A stretch of DNA of 64,000 bases. Origin: Octopus sinensis. Its lineage: Eukaryota. Position 1 is the first letter of the stretch, and each line of letters starts with the position of its first letter. The position numbers and the translations under genes are program-made. Shown one piece after another: positions 39,217-53,348 of the stretch. The stretch covers positions 86,552,001 through 86,616,000 of the forward strand of contig NC_042999.1 in the NCBI RefSeq assembly GCF_006345805.1, read 5' to 3'. The notes below the pieces were generated by a model. That model saw only the letters and a program-made list of their open reading frames with translations, made no database searches and had not been told where the DNA came from.

Positions 39217-39363
39217 CAGTCATGGGCAACCTACGGCCTCCAGAACTTTCTGAATAGCATGCCTAATGAAAAATTACCTTCAATTTTTTTTAGTAGTGTG
39301 ACCTGCCTGATGATGAGCCGTGTCTCATGCAACCCGCTTCTGGAAAAAGGTTGCTCATGCCTA
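39217..39363. mobile_element. Short hAT-type MITE
   Basis: TIR CAGTCATGGGCAACCT / AGGTTGCTCATGCCTA; degenerate TSD CTACAGAC / CTAAAGAT; second copy about 60319-60441. Confidence 0.75.
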
Positions 39364-40354
39364 CTAAAGATGATACTTAAAACCTAGTCTATATGTCTAA
39401 AAGCAGTGTAATAACTTTTGAACCGTTTCAACTGTAAGCATAAAGTGTCTGCTTTATGAACCGAATTGTACGCCGGGATCCGAAGCTGAAACAAGTTTGT
39501 AAATAAACTTAACTCTTTTTATGGTTTAGTCAGAAATAGAATGAAGGTGCCCATGATCCTCTTCAGGGCACCTGAGATGAGTGAAAGAAGTGATGTTGTT
39601 ATCATCAGAGCAGAAACGTGGCCCAAATGCTACGAAGACATGTGCTCAAACAGTTCAAATTCTTTTCCAACCATAAAATATTGAGAAATTCATTCTTTTA
39701 TTGTTGCTTTATGCTGTCATTTTCAAGGCTGAATAACCTAGCTATATATCAAAATGTTATAACATTCTGAAACCTCATTATAGACCTCATTATAGAGTAG
39801 CTTTTAACTCTTTAGTATTGTGTTCTAGTAACCTACATTTCACTGATATGTAGGATTAGTATTTCAGAAATATGTCACTACTGTGAATTTTTTAACACTG
39901 AGTATCTGTTAGTTATGGCAGCATAGCCTTTTCTATAAAGAAATGCAGTTGAATCTCTATGTGTTTTAAGTAATATATTTCTTTATTATTTAATGAAGAG
40001 AGAACAGAGCGCGCAACCTTTGAATCCCTTCTCAGGCCAGCGCGGTCGAAGTGGTTGATGTTTCCTTTCATCATTTACGGATTAATATCTGTTAGCATAG
40101 CATCATCAGGTACAATGTTAAAGAGGACTGTAATTATGGAAAATATATGGCTTATATTTTATGAGAAGGTCAGCAATAGTTACGACAGGAATACTGTCTG
40201 TCATAAAGAATGTGGCAAGTATATTTTCTGTCTTTGGATTAGCACTTTCTTTTTTTCTGTGTAGCTTTCAGACAAAAATGTAAGCTCTTTTAACATTTTC
40301 TCATTTTCTCTCGGCATGCTTTGGAAGCTACATCACTGAATACTTCTACTTTTG

Positions 40355-40640
40355 TGTAATTTAGTTGGTTTGAGACAAATACACTCAACTCTACTATTGT
40401 TGTTCAAAATAGGAAAGGCTTCGCCGGCCATTGCTATTGTTCTGAACACCAGGCAATATTGGATGTTATATTTTAGAGGCTTCCATACTTTGACAGAGGA
40501 GCAAGAGAACTCAACTACAATGTTGTTATTCACAGAGACTTACAACATGGTATTGAGGACCTACGAAAGCAAATAGGGGACAGAGATGCTTGGCATGGTG
40601 GGATGATAAGAATCTCCGTTGTGGCTGCTTGAAGAAGAAT
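40355..40640 (+). mobile_element. RTE-clade LINE ORF C-terminus relic
   Basis: RKGFAGHCYCSEHQAILDVIF*RLP..RGARELNY..VIHRDL..IEDLRKQIGDRDAW matches RTE RxxFAGHC...W...RG...Y...RD.....L...MxDRxxW. Confidence 0.75.
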
Positions 40641-41369
40641 CAAACTTATTGTTATCATTGTTAATGATAATAAGACATACATGATCTGCCTTCGTGCTTG
40701 CCTTATGCTACAACGTATGTTTCAATGACGAGGCATTCATCATAAATATTTGCATATTTCCTATCAAAGGTCGACAGACCTAGCATAGCATTCTCATAAT
40801 ATATTATGCTTTAACATAAAGTTAAGGCTGCAGTATAGAGAGGTTAGCCAGATTATACTTTAGTACACCAATATGTGCATATTGTATTTCATACCACTAT
40901 TCTCAACACCAGATTATGATTTAGAGAGCTGTAATAATATCAAGTTCGTTATAGCCATAAAGACTTAAGAGATAAATGGATTCAATTTGTAAACGTGCAA
41001 AGTGATACTTATATTAAAGCAAACGCTTAGGTAATTTATTTAGTAAATGTACTCAAAGTGAAAGCCCGAATGATGAATATTGGAGATTGCCCGACAAGTA
41101 AATACAATAAATCAATGTTTATGGGTTGACTTAGCCTTTTAACCACTGAAATGGATAAGCCTATCGACTACACTCCCTCAATATTTTTCTCGCTTTACTC
41201 CTTTTACCTAAAATTAAAGTCACAGAATTTAGTACAAGTATAATATAATAATTTTTAAATGAAATGATTGAATTCCTGTGCTGAACTTATAACAACTAAA
41301 ACAAGCAACAGAAAAAAAATCCCTTTAACATTATTTCTATAAGTTGTCTTTATACAGGAGGAATCAGAG

Positions 41370-41975
<606 letters not shown>

Positions 41976-43128
41976 CACATACATATATACATGCATGCAT
42001 ACATACACACGTGTACATCTATTACCTTTGTATATATGTACGTGTATGCATGAATTATGCATGTGTGTGTGTATATATATTATATATATATATTTATGCA
42101 CACACACACACACACTCACACACACACACACACAAATGTATGTAAGTATGTATACCATAGATTCGCACATGGATGTATATATTCTGGGTACAACAGCTGA
42201 TGTCTTAATGTAAGTAGACTTGTCTGGCTTTTATGTTGGTTTCACGTTTTTGCTTTCTTTTTGTCAATTTTACTAATGAAAGAACATTCGCAATTGCCAC
42301 CTCGAAATCTGTTAATATAATTGAACTTTAATCTTTAGAGTGACAAGAGATAAAACTACAATTGTTACTCCCTCCTTTTTTTCTCTTTCTTATTTCCTCA
42401 AATCACACAATCTTACCAAATGTCCCCAATTCTCGCTGTACTGAGCTAAATCATTTTGCGAATTAAAAAAAAATCTCATAAAGGCAACTCCAGCCGTGTT
42501 ATTTAGTACATTTCCTTTGTTTAACAAACAATCTGAAAAGTGATTTGTTTCTTCGCTACGCTTCAGTGTAACTGTTCTCTTTGTTGGTTAATTCACTACC
42601 TGCCACATGTGAATAAGTAGAACATTCAGTCGGCGTTAGAACATAACAAATATTCTTTTCAAATTCGTTAACATCTCAATAGAAACATTATGAAACTGCG
42701 CGGTTATGTTTATTTGAATTGTTTATGCGTCTATGATTATACAGTTTGCTACATTTCTGGCAGTATGCATCTAAAATGATCAAACTATTGTTCAGATTTG
42801 GAAACATTAAAAAAAAAATTAACTGGGTGTAAAATTCTCCAAATATTTTAGTGTCGATCTTTCATAAGGAATGATATAGGAATTTATAGCATTCTTGTAT
42901 ATTTCCAAGAGAGTGTGCAAGTTAGGTGAAGCGATTCCGAATGGGAATCAGTGTTGAGTTCTGGAGATCTGGTATTTCAACTGCTAACTTATGCAATTTT
43001 AAGGAACTGACAATTCTTTGTGTAAAAACTGCTTAAACTTTCAGTAAAAATTTTAGTTAAAATTGCATAACATAGAAGGCGTTGAAATGGACACACACAC
43101 ACACATATATATATATAATATATATATA

Positions 43129-43231
<103 letters not shown>

Positions 43232-43243
43232 GGGGGAGTGTGA

Positions 43244-43304
<61 letters not shown>

Positions 43305-43844
43305 GAACGAGTGAGTGAGTGTTTGTCGCTGCGAGAGAAGGAGACAGAGAACTAGGAGGGAGAGAGAAGAATCAGACGATCTCAACATTTACTTGGATTT
43401 GCTCATCTTCAATGCAGCTAAGGATAATCTATTTATCAGATGAAGAGTAGCAGTCATCGTAAGATGGTTTTCCAGTCCAAAGGCAGAGAACGTCATTTGT
43501 ATGTCGTGTGCATGTGTGGGGTATCGAAACTAAAAAGAGTCAGAGAGAGAGAGGGGGGGAGAAACCTGTTTAATCGTGATATATATTAAGGCGATACATT
43601 TCAATTTCAGTTTAAACTGCAAATCCTGAAATATCTTCAGAGTGTGATTAAATATTTCGCTTTGTGAAAATTTAATTCTTTCGTCGTATGAGATATGTAT
43701 TATGATCTGCCAAGTCCAGATGAATTACTTAAAACCTATAAACTTGCAGCCAAGTGATTTCGTGTTCAGTCCACTGGTGTAACACCTCGAGCTGACTAAA
43801 ACCTTATGAGTGAATTTCGAGGCCAAAACTGTGGTGAGGCTGGG

Positions 43845-43886
<42 letters not shown>

Positions 43887-45576
43887 CCCAGAACCATGTG
43901 GTTAGTTAGCAAACTACCTACCACACAGCCACTTCTGCACCTGTTATACTATCAGGAAGTGTCTTTATATTTTACTATTTAAATTATGAAAGCATTCGGT
44001 AATGAACCTGTAAGATTTGGTGTATGGGTAATGGAGTTTGTGTTAGTTGGCTGCATGTCGTCTCAACAGTAAACCAAACGAGTTGAAATATATTTATTTT
44101 TCATTTAGGCAATTAAAATATTTATACTCGAATTTTTTTATTTTTTTATTTTATAGTCTCCAGTAGTGTATTATAGGAAGCTCGAATCAAACAGCTGTGA
44201 TCAAATTGGTAACAGAAAATATTAGTGTATCTTGAGAGGCGGGAAAAACGTTTGTTCAAAATTATTGAGAAATCCTTTTTACACTGGACTGAAGGTCAGC
44301 GAAGGAAAACTTGACATTGTAAGAATTAGTTGCTTCTACAAAGATAGTCTGCGCTCTCTCGTTTGGTTTTGGCAAGCGATGATGATGAGTGTTCTCTAGT
44401 AGATATCAACCTCTGCAATGATTTTGGCGCGATTTTGCTTTCATAACACCTTTTGCGCAGTCACAATCGTAGAACATTCAATTATGTTCTCTGATATGGT
44501 GTGGTGTTTCTGCCAGCTGATCGGTCGGTAATCAGGGCGTGCAGCATGATTCAAGTGTAGACTGGACTCAGCTATCAGGGTTCGGAGGTTTCGATTCTGG
44601 GTCTCTCTACAAGATTATGTTCTCGACTATGATTGCAGTCACATCTAGGATGATTTATATGAATATCAAATCGACGCCCAGTCCTTGAGCCGTGTTTTAT
44701 TACATCGATCTCGGAAGGATGAAAGACAACGTTAACTTTGGTGCGACTTGAACTCAGAAGTTAAAGATCCGTACGTAAATAACTGACGCTCAAACGATTT
44801 TGCCGAATTCCCGTCTTAGGGACTCGTTTCTTACTATAGTGCCAGTATCGAAAATGTTCACTGCAAACACGATATGGTAGATGGAGCTGAAGAAAGTCCA
44901 TCGTGTATGTGTATGTGTGTGTATATATGTGTATGTAACACCCCCAAAACATAACAATAAACATTAATCTCAAAAATCTTACAGTTAAATAATAATAATA
45001 ATATAATATTCAAATAGTATTTATTTAGTTATCTAAATAATTATATAACAAATTAATCTCAAATTATTTCATTAGTAATTTCCTGTATGATCATCCATAT
45101 TGTTATAAAATATTTCTTTTAAGCAAAAATTATAAGAACAACAAATATAGTTATGCATGATAATCTTCAAGATAAAAAACAAACATAAAATCATTATATA
45201 TATATAAGAATAATATATATATATATAAGGATAAAGATTAACAAGTATTTATTAAACATATTTACATATAAGAAACAATATATTTTCTATCTCTGACACA
45301 TAATCAAACTTTATATAATAAATGATTCCGCAAAAAGATATTTATTTTAAACAACCAGAGGTACATCTAGTTTAAATAACAACCACAGAACTCAATATTC
45401 AATTTATTCATTATAATAAATTAAATATAAATATCTTATCTTTAAAGAAATTATACATAACTAAGAATTCAATAAAAAACTTTATAAAAATATCTAAAGA
45501 TTATAATATAATACATTAAATTAAAACAATGAAGTTAGTAAGTAATATTTAATTAACATAATTATCTTTAACTTTG

Positions 45577-45780
45577 AAGGCGGCGAACTGGCGAATCGTC
45601 ATCGCGCCGGGGAAAAATACTTAGCGGCATTTCTTCTAACTTCATGTTCTGAGTTCAAATTCCGCCGGGATCGACTTTGCTTTTCGGGGTCGATAAAATA
45701 AGAACTATTTGAATACTGGGGCCAATGTAATCGACTTATGACATCCCCCAAAATTTCTGGCCTTGTGCTAAAATTTGAAA
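45577..45780 (+). mobile_element. Family-A SINE
   Basis: AAGGCGGCGAACTGGC head, GAGTTCAAATTCC box. Confidence 0.85.
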
Positions 45781-47078
45781 TCAATACCTTTAATTTTGAC
45801 TAAACCAATCAGATTTCTATATTAAAATTTTTAGAACAAATAAATGTTTAGTTATTAACTAATTACAATCTTATCTACGATATTTTAATACAATCTTTTA
45901 ATACAATCTTTTTAGTATAAATAATTTGTGTGTATGCGTGTGTGTATACCAGTGTTTGATAACCAGTGTTTGTTTGTTTACGTACGTTCCCGCAATTTAG
46001 GATCGGCAAAAGGGACCGATACAATAAATACTGGGGTTGATTTGTTCGACAAAACCCTTCAAGGCAATAACCTAGCATGGCCGCATTCCAATACCTGAAA
46101 CGAATAAAAGGCAAAAATAAAAGATAATATATATCTAAAGAATTGACTAAAACTGTTAGCAGTGGACGTTGAATACTGATTGTGTTGTGCCATTATTACA
46201 TTGGAAATGTTAGAGACTTCTATTTCCTATATCAACCATTAGTTAGACATTAGATTTAAGCCTGTATTATAATGTTATTGGGTATTTACACCCTTGAGAT
46301 AACTTCATAGAACAAGCTAGAGAAACTTTACGATTTCCCTATCGAAACATCTTTAAAGGCCAAGCGAAGATGGCTTATCTATAGGCCATGTCTTTGATTT
46401 TTTGACAGGTATGTTTTAGCTTTTCTTTCTTTCGAAATAAATAACAGCGCTTTTGATAAATTGTCGATTTAGGGGTGAATAGTCTGGCGCTCACATTACA
46501 CCCATTCCCTCACCGCTATTCAAAAAGTGGGGCGAGATATTGACATCTGCAGGCTGTGGTGTATCTAGTTATAACCTTCTAGCAAGTGGAGACAACCAGC
46601 ACCACTTTGACATTTACGATGTTTTTATCTTTTTGTAGAGGACCCATTTAATGACACACACAAGCAGTATTTCTTTTCTTAAATAAACAAATACTTTTAT
46701 CTCTTGAATAAAATAAAATATATTTACTTTATTTGCCATTCATGAAATGGAAAAAGAAATATCAATCTATGAACTTATTGTTTTGTCTCATAAACAGCTC
46801 GTTACTTTCCTTTTATCGATGTTGTTGTTTAACCCTTTCCCCGACGGTTACTAAAATCGCTTTTTGACCAAAACATTAATTTTATGTTCGTTCAGTTATT
46901 ATATATCGTCAGAATCTAAGACATTCAACAGTATCAGCAACTGTGTTAATGGTCATTTGATTCAATGCATGTATGTATGTATGTATGTATGTATGCATGG
47001 ATGGATGGATGGATGGATGGATGGATGGTTGGATGTGTGTATGTATGCATCCATTTATGTGGATGCGTGTAGATGTGG

Positions 47079-47116
<38 letters not shown>

Positions 47117-47274
47117 TATATAATATATATATATACATATATATATATACATATATATATATCCACATGTACACACATCCACATACATGTATGCATTCAA
47201 AATGTGACCGCGTGTGTACCGTTGGCGATTTTTTTTCCTCCGTCATCCCTTCTCTAGATCTTTCCTTTTCATAT

Positions 47275-47309
47275 GTTTCTGTCGAAGAGCTCCGCTCGAA
47301 ACGTTAAAC
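47275..47309 (+). ncRNA. Minimal hammerhead motif, one core substitution
   Basis: GTTT CTGTCGA A GAGC-TCC-GCTC GAA ACGT T AAAC; stems I and II intact, palindromic stem III, core A6 changed to T. Confidence 0.55.
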
Positions 47310-47418
47310 CCTCTTTCTTTCCTTCCTTCCTGAGCGTCCAATAATACTATATTTGTTCCACGTTCTCGCGTTGTTATGTTTTCTGTTTGTGTTTTCATGT
47401 TTGGATTAACTATATATG

Positions 47419-47537
<119 letters not shown>

Positions 47538-47584
47538 TTATATATATATATATGTATATATATATGTATATATATGTGTGGCTA

Positions 47585-47655
<71 letters not shown>

Positions 47656-48026
47656 TACAAGGTCATGTCTCTTTCTCTCTCTGTATATGTATGCGTTTGA
47701 GTATTTGCGTGTGTGTGTGTGTGTGTGTGCGTGTGCACATAGACATACCATACTGATTTCAATTGTATATCAATAAAGACAATTTTATTGGATACAGTAC
47801 CACTAATCATTTTTGGGTTTTGTCACACACGCACACACACATGCGCACACGCTCGCGCACACTGCGTCCCAAACAGTCAATAAAGAAAGGGATTCCATTT
47901 CGTGAGATAATTTATACAAAAATACGTGTTCGCTATATTTCCGGCTGTTGCCTTATATTTGTAGTTGTCGGGATATGCTATATTTAAACCATATCACATA
48001 CATAAGTCTTTATATTTAAATTCCAG

Positions 48027-48330
48027 ATGCGCAATGGCCTAGTGGTTAGGGCAGCGGACTCGCGGTCGCAGGATCGCGGTTTCGATTCCCAGACCGGGCG
48101 TTGTGAGTGTTTATTGAGCGAAAACACCTAAAAAGCCCCACGAGACTCCGGCAGGGGGTGGTGATCCCTGCTGTACTCTTTCACCACTCTTTCTCCCACT
48201 CTTTCTTCTGTTGGCCTGCTCGCTTAGCCAGCGGGGTGGCGTCATTCGAAGGCTAAAACAATGCCAACGCATTGTGACCAGCGATGTGTAACAACATCTG
48301 ATGGTCTGGTCGGTCACGTGATCACGTGAT
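48027..48330 (+). mobile_element. CpG-rich tRNA-derived SINE with (CACGTGAT)n tail
   Basis: A box TGGCCTAGTGG, B box GGTTTCGATTCCC, tail GTCACGTGATCACGTGAT. Confidence 0.85.
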
Positions 48331-48379
48331 TTAAATTCCATTGACGAAGGCAGTAAGTTATCGCAACCTCCTTGGGTTT

Positions 48380-48745
48380 GACTATCAGAAACACTGCTTC
48401 CGAACCTTATAGTTCCGGGTTCAGTCCCACTTCATGGTGCATTTGGCAAGTGTCTTCTACTTATCGAATAATACCTTGTGAGTGAATTTGGTAGACGGAA
48501 ATCTGTCTGAAAGACCGTCATATGTCATTGTGTTAGTGTTTGACCCTTTTAACCACTTGACAACCGGTGTTAATATGTTTATGTCTCCGTAACTTAGCGC
48601 TTCGGGAAAAGAGACCGATAAAATAAATACCAAGCTTTAAAAATATAAGTACTGGGGTCGATTCGTTCGAGTGGAATTCTTCAAGGCGGTGCTCCAGCTT
48701 GGCCGTAGTCTAAAAATGACTGAAACAAGTAAAAGATAAAATATA
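48380..48745 (+). mobile_element. Family-B SINE
   Basis: Match to 27843-28230. Confidence 0.8.
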
Positions 48746-48764
48746 AGACACGCGCGCGCACACA

Positions 48765-48806
<42 letters not shown>

Positions 48807-48808
<2 letters not shown>

Positions 48809-49129
48809 TATCCGAAATGTACAGTATTATTTATCCATTTCGGCTGATGTTCCCAAACAGTTTCGTGCTAGGGGTACAACGAAGTGTTAGGTAACAATTC
48901 AATTATATAACCCTATATAACGCTCATCAGAACATAGGGTTATATGGAATGAAATATGGCGACTGCCATATTTCATTCCATATCGGCTACCTCCATATAA
49001 TCCTACGTTCTGATGAGCGTAGGGCTGTATAATCGGATTATTACCTAACATTCCGTTGTACCCCCAGCGTGAAACTGAGTGCTAAGATAAGCCGTGATGG
49101 ATATATAATACTGTACATTTCGGGTAACA
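48807..49129. repeat. About 320-bp imperfect fold-back element
   Basis: Arms align end to end from CCGAAATGTACAGT (48812) / ACTGTACATTTCGG (49123) to ATATGGAATGAAATATGGC / GCCATATTTCATTCCATAT around a 4-nt loop at 48961-48964. Confidence 0.92.
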
Positions 49130-49609
49130 TACCCACTCTGTTGACAGATATACGAGTACATGTATTTTCTGACTTATGGACTTTTAGACGACTTACGCGC
49201 TATATATGTATGTGTTTGTGTGCGCGTGTGTGAATGTGTGTATGTATGTGTGTGTTTGTTTGCGTGTGTGTGTGTGTATTTGTGTTTGTGTGTGTGTATA
49301 AACAAAAAGGTTTACATAAACTACAGAATAAATCTATAGATGCATATGTAATTTCATTAAACTCAAAATTCTGCACTGCCGTAAATGATGTATTTTTTTT
49401 TACCATAAATAGAAAGATAATGGGTTAAAATTGACAACTAATATACATACTCGCCTCAGTAATGTACAAAAGTGAATTTATAGAAGATAGTAAGTACTGG
49501 GTAGTCCCGAAGTCACGCCACTATTTAAAAACTGAATAACATTTTAATATTTGTTTACTTCTGAAAGAAAGTTTCTGTAAATGGCAATATAGCATTTGAA
49601 TTTTCTTTT

Positions 49610-49870
49610 TAGTTTAATTGTGAAAGGTGATGTCACGCAAATGACCTCCGTTTGACTCTTCACAAGCAACAAGCAAGCCGTTTGAAGTGCATTTTCCAAG
49701 ATACGGGTTAGTGTGTGACGTACTTGTGCTCGAATTTCTGCTAGATATTCAGTTGCTGGATATTGCAGGGTTTGTTAATGTACACATGATCCTATAGATA
49801 GCCCCACAGGAAAATGTATGGTGCGGTTAGATCAGGAGGATTGGGTGATCAATTCTCCTGCTCAGTATGT
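49610..49870 (-). mobile_element. Tc1/mariner D..D-type (DUF4817-associated) transposase C-terminus relic
   Basis: SPNPPDLTAPYIFLWGYL*DHVYINKP matches WPPRSPDLTPxDFFLWGYLKxxVYxxKP. Confidence 0.75.
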
Positions 49871-50269
49871 AATTACTAATAAAATTATTCTGAATTTCTT
49901 AAATAGCAGAGCGACTTTTGGGCCACTGTATATTACTAGTCATATATACTAATATGGACTAGTAATATACATACATACATACATACATACATACTATCTT
50001 TTATCAACTTTTCACAGTGCTAATGTATTTATACCAACTACTATTAAGGTCTTCATTAAATTGGATACACTGTTTTGCATAATTGACGCATTCTCAGCAG
50101 TTACTTGAATTCATAAGTTGCTGGAGCGTTGGCAACATTCGTTTTTTTATATAACATAAATCGTTACAGAATACGGTCATAGAATTCTGCCAGCACTGTG
50201 TGAATATAAAATAATGCCTGAACTCAAAATTAAGATTGGATTTTCCTTATGGTCAGACACTCAGGAGGT

Positions 50270-51300
50270 AATAGGATGGTTTAAGAAAATAGAGAAAACA
50301 AATATATTCCAAATTTATACAATTAGATATAGATAACTACTACTCCACAATTAACCCTTTAATACTCAATATAGCATTCATATTTACAATGAAAAATTCT
50401 AGCTTATCTAAGCCAGATGTAGACATAATATTAACAGCACGAGAAACCGTTATGAATTACTACAAACTATGGTCGAGATCAAAGAGAACGAAATCAATCG
50501 ATATACCAATGGGTTCGGGCGACTCAGCTCAGGTCACGGATATGGTAAAAATTTACATCTTATTCGACATCAAATCCTTATTCCCACAAGTAACGAGTAT
50601 ATACAGAGACGATGCTATTTTCGTAATAGATAATTCAACTAAAGTAAAAGTAGAGCGATACAGAAAAAACTACATAAAGTATTTAAAATTTTCGGCCTAT
50701 GGATAACCATAGACAATAATTACCGTAAGGTAAATTTCCTAGATGCTACTTTTAACTTAGAAACAGGGATGTACGAACCAGACCACAAACCAAACGAGTG
50801 TCTTAGATACACAAATGTAAAGTCCAGTCATCTCCCACCCATATCCAAAGGAATAGTTAGGAACATAGCCACCAGAATACGAATATACATATATATATGT
50901 ATGTGCGTGTGCGTGTGTGTGTATGTGTCCGAGCTTTAGTACGTATATAGATGTATATGTGAACCAACATATATGTATACGTATAGACCGAATTTTAAAG
51001 GTCAGCTAAGGACAATCGCATGTGTAACCAGCCATGAAGAACAAATCAACAATACAAAAAAATCAAATGCCTATCCCTTTAAAACGGCAACCACTTTAAC
51101 AGTAGTAGAATCACCTTCCCATTACATCTACACTTTCAAAGCAGTTTGCCACGACAGAAGATGTTCTTGAAGCCGGGAAGTTGAACTTACGGAGACAATA
51201 TTTACATATCGCCTGATGAAACACAACTAGATCTCATAATGCAGGGAAGCAGTTGCATAATTACCTACACGTCTGGAGAACTACGGTGCATGGGAACAAT
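50270..51300 (+). mobile_element. Penelope-like element RT and degenerate GIY-YIG (Neptune/Naiad-like)
   Basis: FIQLDIDNYYSTI, DIPMGSGDSAQ, IYRDDA, VNFLDATFNLETG..KPN..Y.NVKSSH.P; microsatellite interruption about 50880-50980; weak TETIFTYRLMKH downstream. Confidence 0.85.
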
Positions 51301-51383
51301 TGTCATTGAACACCTTCATGTTGACTCCAATTTTTCAATAATATATATATATATATATATGAATGAATATATGCATAAATATG

Positions 51384-51452
<69 letters not shown>

Positions 51453-53032
51453 TGTGTATATATGAATGTATATATGCATAAATATACGAATATAAATTTA
51501 TATATGCATATATATATATATATATATAATATTGAGGTCTCTTTCTTTCTTTTGTTATCTTACCGTTTTATCAATATATATATATATATATATATATATG
51601 CATATATATACGAACACAAATTTACATGTGTATATGCGTGTGAGTGTGTGCGCGCGGTTGTTTTCCTATTTTTAACAGCTTTTCACGCTTGCTATTTTGT
51701 AGACAGTAGATGTAGAAATTTGTAGAAACAAACCAACGACCACAAAGTTAAAGCTATACTTTAAATTTCTTGTTCATGCTGTGTGAGGAAATTTGCAGTA
51801 AGGTATGAATTTTATTACCGTTAAAAATACTGGGGACAGGACAAATGGCTGGGAAAGCAAATTAAAAAGTTATTTGACTGAAGTAACGGAGTTCATTTAT
51901 TCAGCTTTCTGACGAAAGTCGAGATAAGATACGAAAGATAAATATGTTTAATTAATATGTATTCAACATTAATGTGTATACAACATTCAATGAATACAAG
52001 CTGCGATCTGATTAAATAAGGATGTTATGCTCTGAACCGTGAAAAACAATTTTATAAGTTAGCCACTTGGCATTACTACGCTATTCATCTCTTTTATAAT
52101 AATCTATTTTCACAACATTTTCTTTATCGTCTTTCTCTTTTACGATTCCTTAATCATTTGGTTTGTGTTTCCAATTATATGAACCATATCTTGGTATTGT
52201 TGCTTTGAACATATTTTTATAGTAACAATAATCAGAGAATTCCTTCAACCACTTGACTTCCAGTTATCATTCAGAGATCCAACAATCTTTTAGTACAATT
52301 AATAAATTATGTGTAGAGATATTTAGATCTCATGCAGAGAAGCCACTGGGTTTTTATTAATAGACAATTTCATATTTCTAGCATCAATAATAGCGCTAAT
52401 TGCTCTTCCGTTAGTTGCCTTAGTGTAATGTTTTAAAGTATGTTCTAAATTTTTTCTAACCATATGCATAGAAAAAAATATGAGAAAAATGATAATTCAG
52501 AATATCATTTGAACCATTCACCGACAAAGAGATTTACAATAGGAACATATGAATGAGTTTATAGAGAAATAAAAATAATTGAATCTGTCATGTGATTGAA
52601 AGGACATCTTTATGTTGTTTTAATAATCATTTTAAGGTAGAGTTTTATTGTGCGTGCCTTATACAGAGCAAATTTGTTCATAATAATAGATTCATGTAAG
52701 GCGGCGAAATGACAGAATCGTTACCGTAGCGGACAAAATGCTTAGTGGCATTTCTTTCGGCTTTACGATCTATGTTCAAATTCTGTCGAGATTAACTTTA
52801 CTTCCATAAAATAAGTATCAACTGAGCACTGGTGTGATTAACTTTTCCCTCTCCCCCAAATATCAGGCCTTATGTCTATAACTTAAGGAATAACAAATTC
52901 GTGTTGCTGATATTGTTCAGCTTTTATCAAGCAAATCTATGTTCAAAAGCATTCTAACCATGACAATTCCGTTTATTTTTAAAGTTCTTTTTTTAATATT
53001 TTTTAAATCTGGGATTACATTATTATTAGTAA

Positions 53033-53348
53033 AGGCGCGTGGCTTAGTGGCTAGGGTATTAGGATCATGATCGTAAGGTCGCGGGTTCGATTCCCGGTGG
53101 TCCGTTATGTCTCTGAGCAAGATACTTTATTTCGCGTAGATCCAGTTCACTCAGCTGGCAAAAATGAGTAGTAGTTGTATTTCAAAGGGCCAGTCTTATC
53201 ACACTGTGTCACGCTAAATTTCCCTGAGAACTACGTTAAGGATACGCATGTCTGTAGAATGCTCAGCCACTTGTACGTTAATTTCACGAGCAGGCTGTTC
53301 TCTTGATCGGTCAACTGGATCCAACGTCGTCGTAAGCGACGGAGTGCC
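53033..53348 (+). mobile_element. tRNA-derived SINE with Meta-like central segment
   Basis: A box TGGCTTAGTGG, B box GGTTCGATTCCC, CCAGTTCACTCAGCTGGCAAAAATGAGTAG. Confidence 0.8.

Noticed and set aside
39307-39335. CTGATGA followed by a TGAG/CTCA hairpin (also at about 60384)
   Set aside because: No GAAA after the stem; part of a hAT MITE.
40079-40127. Minus-strand 49-nt exon candidate (LFNIVPDDAMLTDINP)
   Set aside because: Short, unrecognised, no partner exon; expected by chance.
40477-40549. Apparent exon with a kinase-like VIHRDL motif
   Set aside because: The surrounding frame (FAGHC...DRxxW) matches an RTE LINE C-terminus; the AG acceptor is probably a mutated Trp codon.
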